IMG/VR virus record: IMGVR_UViG_3300037991_001277
Coordinates: 32,001-96,000 of that record
From: a virus
Taxonomy: Duplodnaviria; Caudoviricetes
Reading direction: 5' to 3' (one strand)
Length of the DNA: 64,000 bases
The position numbers and the translations under genes are program-made. Below, one piece after another: positions 30,683 through 40,173 of this stretch. How positions within the stretch are numbered: position 1 is the first letter of the stretch; every line of letters begins with the position of its first letter. The notes beneath the pieces were generated by a model, which did not search any database, was not told where the DNA came from, and was given only the letters and a program-made list of their open reading frames with translations.

Positions 30683-32106
30683 TGGGTTTACTCAAGGACA
30701 AGCGAGCAACAGCAGATACAGATGCTGTAATGAAAGCGGTTCGTAAACCAAAGTTTGTGGATAATGCTCTACATCTTGGTGAGTATACTCCACAGAGAAA
30801 CTTGGAGAAGAAAGTCACAGTAAAGCAGCGCAAGACTGCTAACTATGGTATCGCTACTCCGCATACTTACACCTTGACCGAACTGCAAGATTCTGTAATT
30901 CTGAAACATACAGGTACACATGGTAGAAACTACGAAGGAGCAATTGTTTACTTAGATTCATCAATCACCAGTGACACTGACAAAAACAAACCAGTGCTGC
31001 TTTATGGTAAAGATGCTGAGCATGAGAGACTACGAACATCTTCAGTAATTTCTAGCGGCACTGGTACTACATTCGCTGTTAGAAACACCAAGGGTAAAAC
31101 ACTGGAGTCGCTTGGATTTGCAGGTAGGCAAGCGCACTTCGGACAGCCTGTTGATGCTGGTTTAAGAACCACAGACTTGGCAGTACGCATTAGTAGAGAT
31201 ATTGCTGACTCTCTTACATCTGTGAACATAGCACTACCTATGAGTCCAAGTAACTCTGAGGTAGATAGAAGGGCGCACAGTAATAGTTTCCTTGGTGTAG
31301 ATTTCCACGGAATAACACTTGTAGATGCTATGCGATTTATTAGCCGACATGATGGTAGAGTTATCCACTTTGACAGGTTTGGTAACTTGCTTTATGTTCC
31401 ATTCCAATTTGAAGAAAAGAGTAGATTCATAGACGCTAACGCTCGTACTGGCCCTGCTATCAACAACCCAGTTGAGAACATATCAAATCGAGTTATTGTA
31501 GAAGGCGTGGCTACGGCTGTAAACGATACTGCTTATGCAGAGGTAAACAATTCAGAAAAGCAGTCAGGTCGTGCCGGAGAGGTATTAGAAGAACCGCAAG
31601 TTGTCGGTGATTTTACTGTACGCAGTAATGAGCAAGCAAGAGAAGTAGGGCGTAACATACTCAAAGCCAACTCAGTCATGCTTGGTAATTTAACAAGTGC
31701 TGGTCACCCTAACTCTTGGGATTTAAGACCGGGTATGACTATTGAGTACGATGGTCAGAGAAAGATATTGGTAGAGGTTAGACACAAACTCGCTAGTAAT
31801 ACTGCTGACCTTGTATTCTTGAGTGTAGAAAGTGGTGTAGAAGGTGTACTACAAGGATTGCTTGAAGGTACTAAAAACACAGGCGACCTAGAAGATTCAA
31901 TCGAGCAGATTGTTGAGAAGAATATGGCTTTATTCGGTGACTTAGAAATCATATCAGTTGTTATCACAGAGGTAGTAGGCCACGGTGTATCAGGCGATGG
32001 TTTCATCATCGGTAGAGGTATGGGTCGAGGTGTCGTAGGTAGAAGTGGCGACAAAGAATCCGTTGGTGGCAGCAAGACTTTGAAGTTTGTAAATAGAGGT
32101 GAGTAG
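30679..32106 (+). CDS. putative baseplate hub / tail tip protein
   Basis: DAMRFIS..DG..IHFDRFGNL, NRVIVEG and DLRPGMTI resemble hub-type tail proteins. Confidence 0.55.
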   Translation: MMGLLKDKRATADTDAVMKAVRKPKFVDNALHLGEYTPQRNLEKKVTVKQRKTANYGIATPHTYTLTELQDSVILKHTGTHGRNYEGAIVYLDSSITSDTDKNKPVLLYGKDAEHERLRTSSVISSGTGTTFAVRNTKGKTLESLGFAGRQAHFGQPVDAGLRTTDLAVRISRDIADSLTSVNIALPMSPSNSEVDRRAHSNSFLGVDFHGITLVDAMRFISRHDGRVIHFDRFGNLLYVPFQFEEKSRFIDANARTGPAINNPVENISNRVIVEGVATAVNDTAYAEVNNSEKQSGRAGEVLEEPQVVGDFTVRSNEQAREVGRNILKANSVMLGNLTSAGHPNSWDLRPGMTIEYDGQRKILVEVRHKLASNTADLVFLSVESGVEGVLQGLLEGTKNTGDLEDSIEQIVEKNMALFGDLEIISVVITEVVGHGVSGDGFIIGRGMGRGVVGRSGDKESVGGSKTLKFVNRGE

Positions 32107-32451
32107 ATGCCAGTATCAAATCATGTAAGACGATTGTTAATTGAGACTATTGCTGATAACATCAATGAGATGGTTATTGGTTTCGATGGTAACCCTGCAA
32201 CAAAAAGTGACGGGGCAGCAGGTAGACCTGCTAAAGTTATCAATCCTACAGTACGAATAGTCAGCGATTCTTCTTTGCTAGTGGAGGGCTTCTTAGGGGC
32301 AAATCACACATTTAACGAGGACTTACGAGAAGTCTTTGTTCAATTCAGAGGTGCTCTGAATACGATACCAATAGCAAGGCATACGATAGCAGCGTTTAAT
32401 AAAACAGCATCAAACGAGATACGAATACAGATTCTAATTGAGGTGAAGTAA
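32107..32451 (+). CDS. small tail/baseplate protein
   Basis: ORF coupled between the hub and fibre genes. Confidence 0.6.
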   Translation: MPVSNHVRRLLIETIADNINEMVIGFDGNPATKSDGAAGRPAKVINPTVRIVSDSSLLVEGFLGANHTFNEDLREVFVQFRGALNTIPIARHTIAAFNKTASNEIRIQILIEVK

Positions 32452-35153
32452 TGGGGCAGAATCCAATATCAGGACATACAGCAGGTGCGAATGACGGACT
32501 AAGAGATGGTGACCATATAATATCACCATCACTGACTAATATCTACGAAGGACTACACGGCAACGGTATACTAAATCCATATGATACAGCATATGGTAGC
32601 CCTACTGGTGACCGTATTACTCCCGCTAATCTACCGGGTGCAGTGAGTAGTGGTGCTGACCATCAAGTTACAATCAAGGCTTGTAGTGTGATTCTTGACG
32701 GAGTACCTTACACCATAGACAATGGTTCGGGTGGAGATGTAACTCTTAATTTGACAACAACTTCAAGTGACAAATTAGCAGGTACAAGTCATACTGTTTT
32801 GACCGGTTCACCGGACAAAGAGTGTTTGTTTGCTATTGTTGCTACCGCACATGGAGCAAAATGGGTACAAACTACAGCAGTCACTACTGCTGCTGGTGCT
32901 TATGCAGATTTAGATAGTACAATTGCTAACTCATATCTAAGAATGGATGGGGCTAGTACCCCTGCTCATAACAAACAGTCTTTGGTATTGGCTACCGTGA
33001 GGGCTTCGTATAACAGCGGTGCTGCTGCCGCTAATGACCTTTACTTAGACATTGATGAAATTAACGATAAGAGGGTTTTCATTAGACCTTCTCCGTTCTA
33101 TTTGTCTCCCGTAACCACAGGCGCACCTAACTCTACCGACCATTTGAATACACACACTGCGTTAGAACAAATACATGGTTCAGGGCAACATGGTGATTTT
33201 GGTAATAATGGTGTTATATGGCTGTCTTACAATGAAGATGATGGACTACCAAATCTATACTTTAGTGCTAAAGATGGTTCTAACAGACACACGCACTTAC
33301 TTGGGCCAAATCGTATTTTATCCTTAACAGCAAGTCGTAACTTTGAGTTTGATGACGCACAGGTATTCACATTCAGTGGTAGTGGTGCTAAGAGTTTGAC
33401 TCCAACAGGAACATTCCCTCCCGGTCACACAGTTATCGTAAGTAACACAGGGGCTGGTGTTGTTACCTTTGACCCTAGTGGGGTGAACATAGGACTGGCT
33501 AACACAGAGGCAGTTATGTTCGTATACAACGGCACTGCTTGGGTGAAGGTGATTCACAGTTCTACTGTTACTCACTTAGCAAGTGGTGCAACAGGTTTAG
33601 TTCAGTTGTCTGATGGTTCAGGTAGCCACACCAGTGATGCTAAGTTGTTTTGGACTACTGGTACTTCTACACTTACAGTGAATGGTAAACTCACAGTTAC
33701 TGGGTTGATTGACCCTACTGGACTTGAACTCACACCAGTCGGCTCTAATCCGGGTAACACTGGTGCTAACACGCTTTGGTTAGATAGTGGTGCGTCTAAC
33801 GCTTTGAAACATGGAACTGCTACAGTTCTTAACTCAGCATCAAGTGTTGCTGACTTGAGTGATGTAACAGCAGCAGGTTCAGGTTCAATCATAACTTCAA
33901 GCGAGCGTAGTAAACTCGCAGGTATAGAGACTGCTGCCGATGTTACTGATGAAGCAAATATCAAGACTGCTTTATCAGGGTCATTGAGTGCTATCACAAG
34001 TGGCTCTGTAGCATCAGGTGACTTAGTGTTCGTTAGGGATATTGATGATTCTAATAATCTCAAAACTGTAACTGCTACTTCTATAGCGGCACTGGGCGGG
34101 TCTACCCCCAGTAACATAGCCGATGCTGATGCTGATACTAAGGTAGATGTAGAAACTTCATCTGATGCTGATACTATTTCCATGCACACAGCGGGAACTG
34201 AGAGAGTGCTTATTGATACTAATGTCAATCTTGGTGTAGATGTTAATGTTGTCTTTGAAGGCTCTGCTGCTAACGCTCACGAAACTACGCTAACTGTAGC
34301 AAACCCTGACGCTGATAGAACTATTACTCTACCAAATGCTACAGGCACTGTTGCTTTAACAAGTGATATTAACGCTGGAACAGTCACTTCTATCGCTACT
34401 TCTGCACCGATTACAGGTGGTACAATTACATCTACAGGTACTATCGGTATATCCGCTGCAACAACAAGTGCAGCAGGTTCAATGTCGGGTGCTGACAAAA
34501 CAAAACTTGACGGTATTACTGCTGGCATAGCCAACGGGAACTATTTAGTCGCAAATGCCAATGTAGCCGATGATGATTTCCTAAGAATTGACGGAACATC
34601 GGTTGAAGGTTTGACAGCGGCTGAAGTCAGAACTGCATTGAATGTTGCTGATGGTGCAAATGTTACTGATGCTACTACTGTTGATGCAGCAGGTGCAGTT
34701 ATGGAAACTGATGTAAATGCAAAGGGTGACATTTTCGTAGCAACTGCTAACAATACTCTTACACGCCTAGCGGTAGGAACTAACAATCATGTTCTAACTG
34801 CCGATAGTGCTCAAGCATCCGGTGTTAAATGGGCTGCTGTAAGTGGTGGCGGTGGTAGTGGTGATGTAGTCGGGCCATCCTCTGCGACTGCTAACAACTT
34901 TGTTGCATTTGATGGTACTACAGGTAAGTTAGTCAAGGATAGTGCCAAAGGTGCTGCTGACTTCGCAACTGCTGCTCAAGGTGCTTTGGCTGCATCTGCA
35001 CTTCAACCAACCCAAGCAGAAACCGACCCCTTTACTCCATTAGGCGCACCGGGTATAGGTGCTTGGGGTGGCGGTGGCCCTCCGGCTAACATTCAAGAGG
35101 CTATTGATAGAATAGCAGTACAAGTCGCTCTATTAGGTGGGCCGATTCCGTGA
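32451..35153 (+). CDS. tail fibre / receptor-binding protein
   Basis: A/T/G/S-rich mosaic with fibre-type motifs ERSKLAGIE, DKTKLDGI, ADRTITLPNATGTVAL and KGDIFVATA..TRLAVGTNNHVL. Confidence 0.7.
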   Translation: MGQNPISGHTAGANDGLRDGDHIISPSLTNIYEGLHGNGILNPYDTAYGSPTGDRITPANLPGAVSSGADHQVTIKACSVILDGVPYTIDNGSGGDVTLNLTTTSSDKLAGTSHTVLTGSPDKECLFAIVATAHGAKWVQTTAVTTAAGAYADLDSTIANSYLRMDGASTPAHNKQSLVLATVRASYNSGAAAANDLYLDIDEINDKRVFIRPSPFYLSPVTTGAPNSTDHLNTHTALEQIHGSGQHGDFGNNGVIWLSYNEDDGLPNLYFSAKDGSNRHTHLLGPNRILSLTASRNFEFDDAQVFTFSGSGAKSLTPTGTFPPGHTVIVSNTGAGVVTFDPSGVNIGLANTEAVMFVYNGTAWVKVIHSSTVTHLASGATGLVQLSDGSGSHTSDAKLFWTTGTSTLTVNGKLTVTGLIDPTGLELTPVGSNPGNTGANTLWLDSGASNALKHGTATVLNSASSVADLSDVTAAGSGSIITSSERSKLAGIETAADVTDEANIKTALSGSLSAITSGSVASGDLVFVRDIDDSNNLKTVTATSIAALGGSTPSNIADADADTKVDVETSSDADTISMHTAGTERVLIDTNVNLGVDVNVVFEGSAANAHETTLTVANPDADRTITLPNATGTVALTSDINAGTVTSIATSAPITGGTITSTGTIGISAATTSAAGSMSGADKTKLDGITAGIANGNYLVANANVADDDFLRIDGTSVEGLTAAEVRTALNVADGANVTDATTVDAAGAVMETDVNAKGDIFVATANNTLTRLAVGTNNHVLTADSAQASGVKWAAVSGGGGSGDVVGPSSATANNFVAFDGTTGKLVKDSAKGAADFATAAQGALAASALQPTQAETDPFTPLGAPGIGAWGGGGPPANIQEAIDRIAVQVALLGGPIP

Positions 35154-35158
35154 TGCGG

Positions 35159-35323
35159 TTACTTGAAGGCACTATCTTGCCAAATGTGACCGCATTCTTT
35201 GCACTGCCATAGGCTTATTCGCTCACGCTTACCATCTAGGTAACGGGCTTGTAGCCTTCTTGGGATATGCTCGTGTAAACAAGCCCTACATTTTACCTTG
35301 AGTTTGTCAAGGAGTCTACCCAT
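35159..35323 (-). CDS. 54-aa TFS/TFIIS-like C-terminal Zn ribbon (not in ORF track)
   Basis: MGRLLDKLKVKCRACLHEHIPRRLQARYLDGKRERISLWQCKECGHIWQDSAFK; TGATG overlap with the chaperonin stop. Confidence 0.65.
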   Translation of the reverse strand: MGRLLDKLKVKCRACLHEHIPRRLQARYLDGKRERISLWQCKECGHIWQDSAFK

Positions 35324-36798
35324 CACTCAGCACCTCTACGCCCGATTACATCATCAATGCGTAGAATAGCACTAGCAACTTCAGTAGCACCATTGATGGC
35401 ACTACGAATAAGCGATGTTGGTTCTAATACTCCCTTCATTTCTTTAATTCCACCATTCTCCACATCAGGGCCATAAGGCTCAGGTAAAGAGTGTCTCATC
35501 GCTAAGACAGTATCAAGTGGGTCATAACCAGCATTCTCAGCGATGGTAGCAGGGATTGCTTCAAGTGCATCTGCAAAGGCTTCTATCGCCATCTGAGCAC
35601 GACCACCTACTTCACTAGCATTTGCACGCAGGTGCATAGCAATAGCAAGATAAGTAGAGCCACCACCATAGCGCATAGAGTCGCCATTCTCAATCAATGA
35701 TACAACCCCTAGAGCATCATCAAATCCACGCTGAATCTCATCAAGAGTAGATTGAGTAGCACCGAACAATACTAGCGTAGCCTCTTTGTTTTGTGCGTGT
35801 AAGAATAGATAGGGTACATCATTGTATGTCTCACGAGAAATAAAAGCAGTACCAGTTGTAGATGTAGCGTCAGGGAACATATGTGTAGGTGCTCCTAATT
35901 CATTTGACAGTCTACGCATTGTACTCTCAGGTACTCTCTGTACTACAGATATGCCTTGTTTGCGTAGATATGCTATGGCTGTATCGTGGATTGCGTCACG
36001 ACATAGAACCACATTAGCACCACTGCTTACCACTGCCTTAGAAGCAGCGAGTAATTTGTCACGCCCCATCGCTTGAACTTGACTGTAAGAGTTAGCATCA
36101 GATACTTGAACAGATACATTTGTGTTATCCTTGCCTTCTGTAAGCCCACCATTGAGTAGTAATACTTCTACACCATCTTCATTTGACCAGTTGTTGAACT
36201 CATCGCCACCACCAATGAAGTCCTTATTGAGAACTACACCACGGAACAGATAAGAGTCAGACAAAGAGCCACCGGGGGCAGCGAGTGTCTTTACCTCACG
36301 AGCGTCTCCAACTGCTTCTATTGTTTCTACACACAAGTCAGCAACTCTATCCTCTGATGTTTCAAGGGATTTACCAGTGATTGCAGTCTTTGCTATGGTT
36401 TGTAAGTCTCCCTCAGCATTAGGCATACCGTTAAGACATTCAATAGCCATATTTCGTGCCGCTGCATAACCTTTGATGACCACATTAGGGTGCAGTCCTT
36501 TACTGAATAAGTTCTCTGAATTGGCAAGCATTGAACTCGCTAGTACAACTGTGCTAGTAGTACCATCGTATGCATTTGCCTCTTGCATCTTAGATACCTC
36601 TACTACCATCTTAGCAGCAGGGTGAGCAGTGTCAAGTTCTCGTAGGATAGTAGCACCATCGTTAGTTACGATAACATTACCACCACCGTCTACCATCATC
36701 TTGTCCATGCCTAGTGGCCCAAGTGTCGTTCTCACAGTTTCAGCGATACGCTTTACTGCTTCTATGTTTAACCTCTGTGTTGTATTATTCTCCGTCAT
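35323..36798 (-). CDS. group II chaperonin (thermosome-like)
   Basis: TTLGPLGMDKM, TNDGATIL, DGTTS, GGG and AILRIDDVI motifs; start ATG 36798 after GAGG. Confidence 0.95.
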   Translation of the reverse strand: MTENNTTQRLNIEAVKRIAETVRTTLGPLGMDKMMVDGGGNVIVTNDGATILRELDTAHPAAKMVVEVSKMQEANAYDGTTSTVVLASSMLANSENLFSKGLHPNVVIKGYAAARNMAIECLNGMPNAEGDLQTIAKTAITGKSLETSEDRVADLCVETIEAVGDAREVKTLAAPGGSLSDSYLFRGVVLNKDFIGGGDEFNNWSNEDGVEVLLLNGGLTEGKDNTNVSVQVSDANSYSQVQAMGRDKLLAASKAVVSSGANVVLCRDAIHDTAIAYLRKQGISVVQRVPESTMRRLSNELGAPTHMFPDATSTTGTAFISRETYNDVPYLFLHAQNKEATLVLFGATQSTLDEIQRGFDDALGVVSLIENGDSMRYGGGSTYLAIAMHLRANASEVGGRAQMAIEAFADALEAIPATIAENAGYDPLDTVLAMRHSLPEPYGPDVENGGIKEMKGVLEPTSLIRSAINGATEVASAILRIDDVIGRRGAE

Positions 36799-37405
36799 TC
36801 CAATCAACCTCAATTTCAACTATAGAGCCGTCATCCATACTGCGACTCTTTACAATGCCATTGTCACAACCATACTTGTATAGGTCGTAAGTCAATTGAC
36901 AATCTTTCAGGCAGTAGTCGGCTACCTCAAGATACTTACCTTCACGCCATGCTAATGGCGCATCGCTACTCTGCATACTCTTTGACAAGTCAAGAGTAGT
37001 GCGTACAAGAGTGTCAAGTGTGGTGTGAACTTTACCCACGCTCAATGCTGCTTTATCAACTAGCATCTTGGTGTCAATGATACTTTCACTTTTGCTCATC
37101 AAATCACCAGCAGTCCAGCAGTCCAGTGCAGCATTTAGAACTGGTAAATCGAACTTACGAATATTGTGACCCAGTATCTTACCACCACCGTCAATGTGTT
37201 TCTGCAAATGGTCACCAAGAGTACGAGGGTGTAAGTCGTGAACAGTAGCATTTGCCATTTCTATATTCTGCTTAGCAAACACATTACCCTCTATGCCATC
37301 CCATGTTGCTACAACTGTAGGCTCAAACAGACTATGTTTATCCCAACCGCCTATTTCCCAAGAGTAGTTACCAGTCTCAATATCCAGTGCCATAATGTCA
37401 CTCAT
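36785..37405 (-). CDS. DnaQ/DEDD-like 3'-5' exonuclease (RNase H fold)
   Basis: ALDIET, GHNIRKFDLPVL and YCLKDCQLT motifs. Confidence 0.85.
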   Translation of the reverse strand: MSDIMALDIETGNYSWEIGGWDKHSLFEPTVVATWDGIEGNVFAKQNIEMANATVHDLHPRTLGDHLQKHIDGGGKILGHNIRKFDLPVLNAALDCWTAGDLMSKSESIIDTKMLVDKAALSVGKVHTTLDTLVRTTLDLSKSMQSSDAPLAWREGKYLEVADYCLKDCQLTYDLYKYGCDNGIVKSRSMDDGSIVEIEVDWNDGE

Positions 37406-37478
37406 ATTCACGCCTCCTTGTATTCCCAGTAAATCCATTCTTCAGTCTCGATTTTTACTACTAAGTTTTCTTCATTCA

Positions 37479-37643
37479 CTAAGCCCACCATCCTACTTCT
37501 TTCTTAATCAGCCCGTAGTGTCCTTCGGGTTTTACTTCAAGGCCGTTATATTCAGCCCAGCACTTCTCGGTACAAAAATGCCTTACACCTACAGCAGTGT
37601 TGTCACTAAACTTTGCTTCGTTATCACAACAGACACACTTCAT
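37479..37643 (-). CDS. 54-aa TRASH/YHS-like Zn-finger microprotein (not in ORF track)
   Basis: MKCVCCDN...HFCTEKCW; ATGA overlap with the helicase stop; RBS GGAGGTGG. Confidence 0.55.
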   Translation of the reverse strand: MKCVCCDNEAKFSDNTAVGVRHFCTEKCWAEYNGLEVKPEGHYGLIKKEVGWWA

Positions 37644-39046
37644 GCATCCACCTCCTTCTGACGAATGTATACAGTAGAACCATCTTTAGCCGCATCGAAT
37701 AGGTGAGCACCCCACTTTGAGAAGCGGCTGAATGCAGTACCACGAGTCACTTGCTCAGCGACACAATACTGCTTGATGACTGCTGACTTCTTTCGCCAAC
37801 CCTCACCCTTCTTATTCAGTTCAACTGGGGCAATTGTGTTGTAAGCAGTCATCCAATTCTTTGCATGGTTAGCCTTCTCAGTTTGCTTAGCACCAACTTC
37901 AACTTCACCCTCAAGCCACAGAATCAGGTTCTTGAACAGGTCGTAGATAATTTCCTTAGCCATGTCAAGATGCTCACCAGTAATAACCCACTTCTCATCC
38001 ATCATAGCGATGTGAGTAGCAAGGATAACTGAGTAGTTCTCCATAGCAGGTATGAAAGATGCAACAACATTTCCGATAGCGAAGTTCAGTCCATCCAGTA
38101 GGGAATACAAGTCCTCTACCAAGTCATATGTAGCCACATAGAATGATTCATCTGCTGTGAACATTTCGTGCATGACTGACTGAACTACATCTTCTTGCTC
38201 TTCACGAGTCATGCCATCCCATTCAGTGAATGAAATCTCAGTTAGATTGAGAACTCGGTCACGCAGTCTCTTCTCAAGCCCAGTGAAATAGTCAATGATT
38301 TCCTCGTAGGATAATTTCTGCTTAGGAGTCTTTGTGAAGGCTCTCTCCATACGCTTCATACTGACTCCCATACGCCTATCCATATCCCAATCAGACCAAT
38401 ACAATAGAACACGCTGGAAAATACCTTTTGTCAAAACATACTCTTTAACACCAGCGGGTGGGTAGGTAGTAATCCACAATGAGACAAGTGACTCTGTTTC
38501 TATTCTTCTACCACTCAAGTGTTTGACCAGTATGTTTGAATTACTACCAATCGGGTTACAGGCTGACTGTAGATACAGAACAGTCTCTTGCGAGTGCTTG
38601 CCCGGATTGAGGATAATACTGCCTTCATCGAAGTTTAGTGCCTTCTGACCAGCAAGCATACCTTCTGTTTGAACGGCTACCTGCTCTTTCTTTCCGTTCT
38701 CATCAACAACTGTTTCGTTAGTGACACCACCAATCAAACCAGCATCTGAACCTGATGTATACATATCCTGATGTAAACCACAGTCTTTGAGTACATCACC
38801 TACGAACTCCCATGCTACTGACTTACCAGTCCTTGATGGCTGAATCCAAAAGACATGGACACGAGGGTCGAGGTGACTTGCATCCCACGGAATACGAATG
38901 AAAGGGGCGGCTATCTGACCTTGTATGTAGAAGAAGGATAACATCGCTGGTATGTCGTTATCTATACTTGTTCTACTAAACCTATCTACATAGCCATCAA
39001 AGACAGGGTATTGCTTGACTGCCATGTAATCTTGTGCTTTTCTCAT
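37640..39046 (-). CDS. MCM-related AAA+ ATPase, probable replicative helicase
   Basis: Walker A QPSRTGKS, MCM-like SDAGLIG, Walker B FDE, Arg finger FQR. Confidence 0.65.
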   Translation of the reverse strand: MRKAQDYMAVKQYPVFDGYVDRFSRTSIDNDIPAMLSFFYIQGQIAAPFIRIPWDASHLDPRVHVFWIQPSRTGKSVAWEFVGDVLKDCGLHQDMYTSGSDAGLIGGVTNETVVDENGKKEQVAVQTEGMLAGQKALNFDEGSIILNPGKHSQETVLYLQSACNPIGSNSNILVKHLSGRRIETESLVSLWITTYPPAGVKEYVLTKGIFQRVLLYWSDWDMDRRMGVSMKRMERAFTKTPKQKLSYEEIIDYFTGLEKRLRDRVLNLTEISFTEWDGMTREEQEDVVQSVMHEMFTADESFYVATYDLVEDLYSLLDGLNFAIGNVVASFIPAMENYSVILATHIAMMDEKWVITGEHLDMAKEIIYDLFKNLILWLEGEVEVGAKQTEKANHAKNWMTAYNTIAPVELNKKGEGWRKKSAVIKQYCVAEQVTRGTAFSRFSKWGAHLFDAAKDGSTVYIRQKEVDA

Positions 39047-39062
39047 ATCTCTCAACTCTAAC

Positions 39063-39081
39063 TGTTCCTTTATATATCAAC
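39063..39081 (-). promoter_or_regulatory. conserved viral promoter motif GTTGATATATAAAGGAACA
   Basis: TATA-containing 19-mer ~16 nt upstream of ATG 39046. Confidence 0.8.
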
Positions 39082-39211
39082 TATCAATATTGGTTGTCTT
39101 GATTGTCCGATGTACCGTCTGAACATTATATTCGTAATTCATACACTCTATAAACATGTAAGTATAGACAAGACAACGGACAACCCGTACAATTAGGAGT
39201 ACGATGCTGCC

Positions 39212-39922
39212 TTAAATACCCCTCTTACGCCTGACACTTCGTTGTATGTGGACTGGTGATTCGCTGGTCAAAACCTCAACAATGAGTTGTCTTTTCTTAT
39301 CACCCAGCCCCTTAACTTGCTTCAGGGATTCAGGGAAACACATCTCTTCTAAGTTACCACATTTCTCTAGTAAACGCTCTGCTAACTCAGCACCGACACC
39401 CGGAATTGTTAGCAACATATCTACCCGTACATCGTTTGTAGATACCCTACGAATAGCATGAGCACCATGCTTACTCGCTGGCTTGTGTAACTTATTGTGT
39501 AGTTTAGTGACGAACATAGCAGCCTCGCTGATGTTTGGAGTGAAGAATACCTGACATTCAAAATCAGCCATGATACGAGCAATAGTACCAGTGAGTTCAT
39601 TCTGCACTCTACTATGTGTCAAGAACCTACCTTGCTTCTTAGCGAATGCAACATACTTGGCAATCGAACCATGTATGACTAGAAAGAATCGCTCGTAGTT
39701 GGCATCCATGTTGTCTAACTGTCGCCATAGGTGACCACTATGGCTTGATTGAAACAAGTCGGTAACACTCTTTGCTTCTACACAAGCAGCACCTAGTAAG
39801 TAATCACCTACTACTAATGGTTGTCTAACTACATTTAGACCTTCTTTCTTAGCCCTGCGCTCTATTGATTCACAAAGGCTACCTCTCTCGTTAGAGTCTA
39901 TAATTAAATCAGGCTTAGGCAT
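39212..39922 (-). CDS. ERCC4/XPF-family nuclease with HhH domain
   Basis: IDSNE, GDY, VEAKSVTD; HhH motifs IPGVG and VKGLG. Confidence 0.9.
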   Translation of the reverse strand: MPKPDLIIDSNERGSLCESIERRAKKEGLNVVRQPLVVGDYLLGAACVEAKSVTDLFQSSHSGHLWRQLDNMDANYERFFLVIHGSIAKYVAFAKKQGRFLTHSRVQNELTGTIARIMADFECQVFFTPNISEAAMFVTKLHNKLHKPASKHGAHAIRRVSTNDVRVDMLLTIPGVGAELAERLLEKCGNLEEMCFPESLKQVKGLGDKKRQLIVEVLTSESPVHIQRSVRRKRGI

Positions 39923-40173
39923 TACTCCTCCTCCTCTTGATGCTTATGATTATGACAATAACCTGTACCATCTGTGACTACTGTTCTACATCTTGCGCCA
40001 TGTACTGTCTCACCTTTACAACGGTATTCTTCGGGTAGCAAGTCTACATTTTTAGCACACTTTGAACACAACATATTTTTTCTCCTGTTGTTGTTCATTC
40101 TACCTAATCTCTCACCGCAGTTAAAGCAAAGATTAGCGTGCATTCTATGTTGTTTAATCTTCATCCGAATCAC
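39922..40173 (-). CDS. Zn-finger protein
   Basis: CFNC..CSKC plus C..T..G..C...YCHNH. Confidence 0.55.
   Translation of the reverse strand: MIRMKIKQHRMHANLCFNCGERLGRMNNNRRKNMLCSKCAKNVDLLPEEYRCKGETVHGARCRTVVTDGTGYCHNHKHQEEEE

Noticed and set aside
35153-35159. Terminator at the convergence of the two arms
   Set aside because: Only 5 nt separate the two stops once the 54-aa ORF is included; no convincing T-tract or hairpin.
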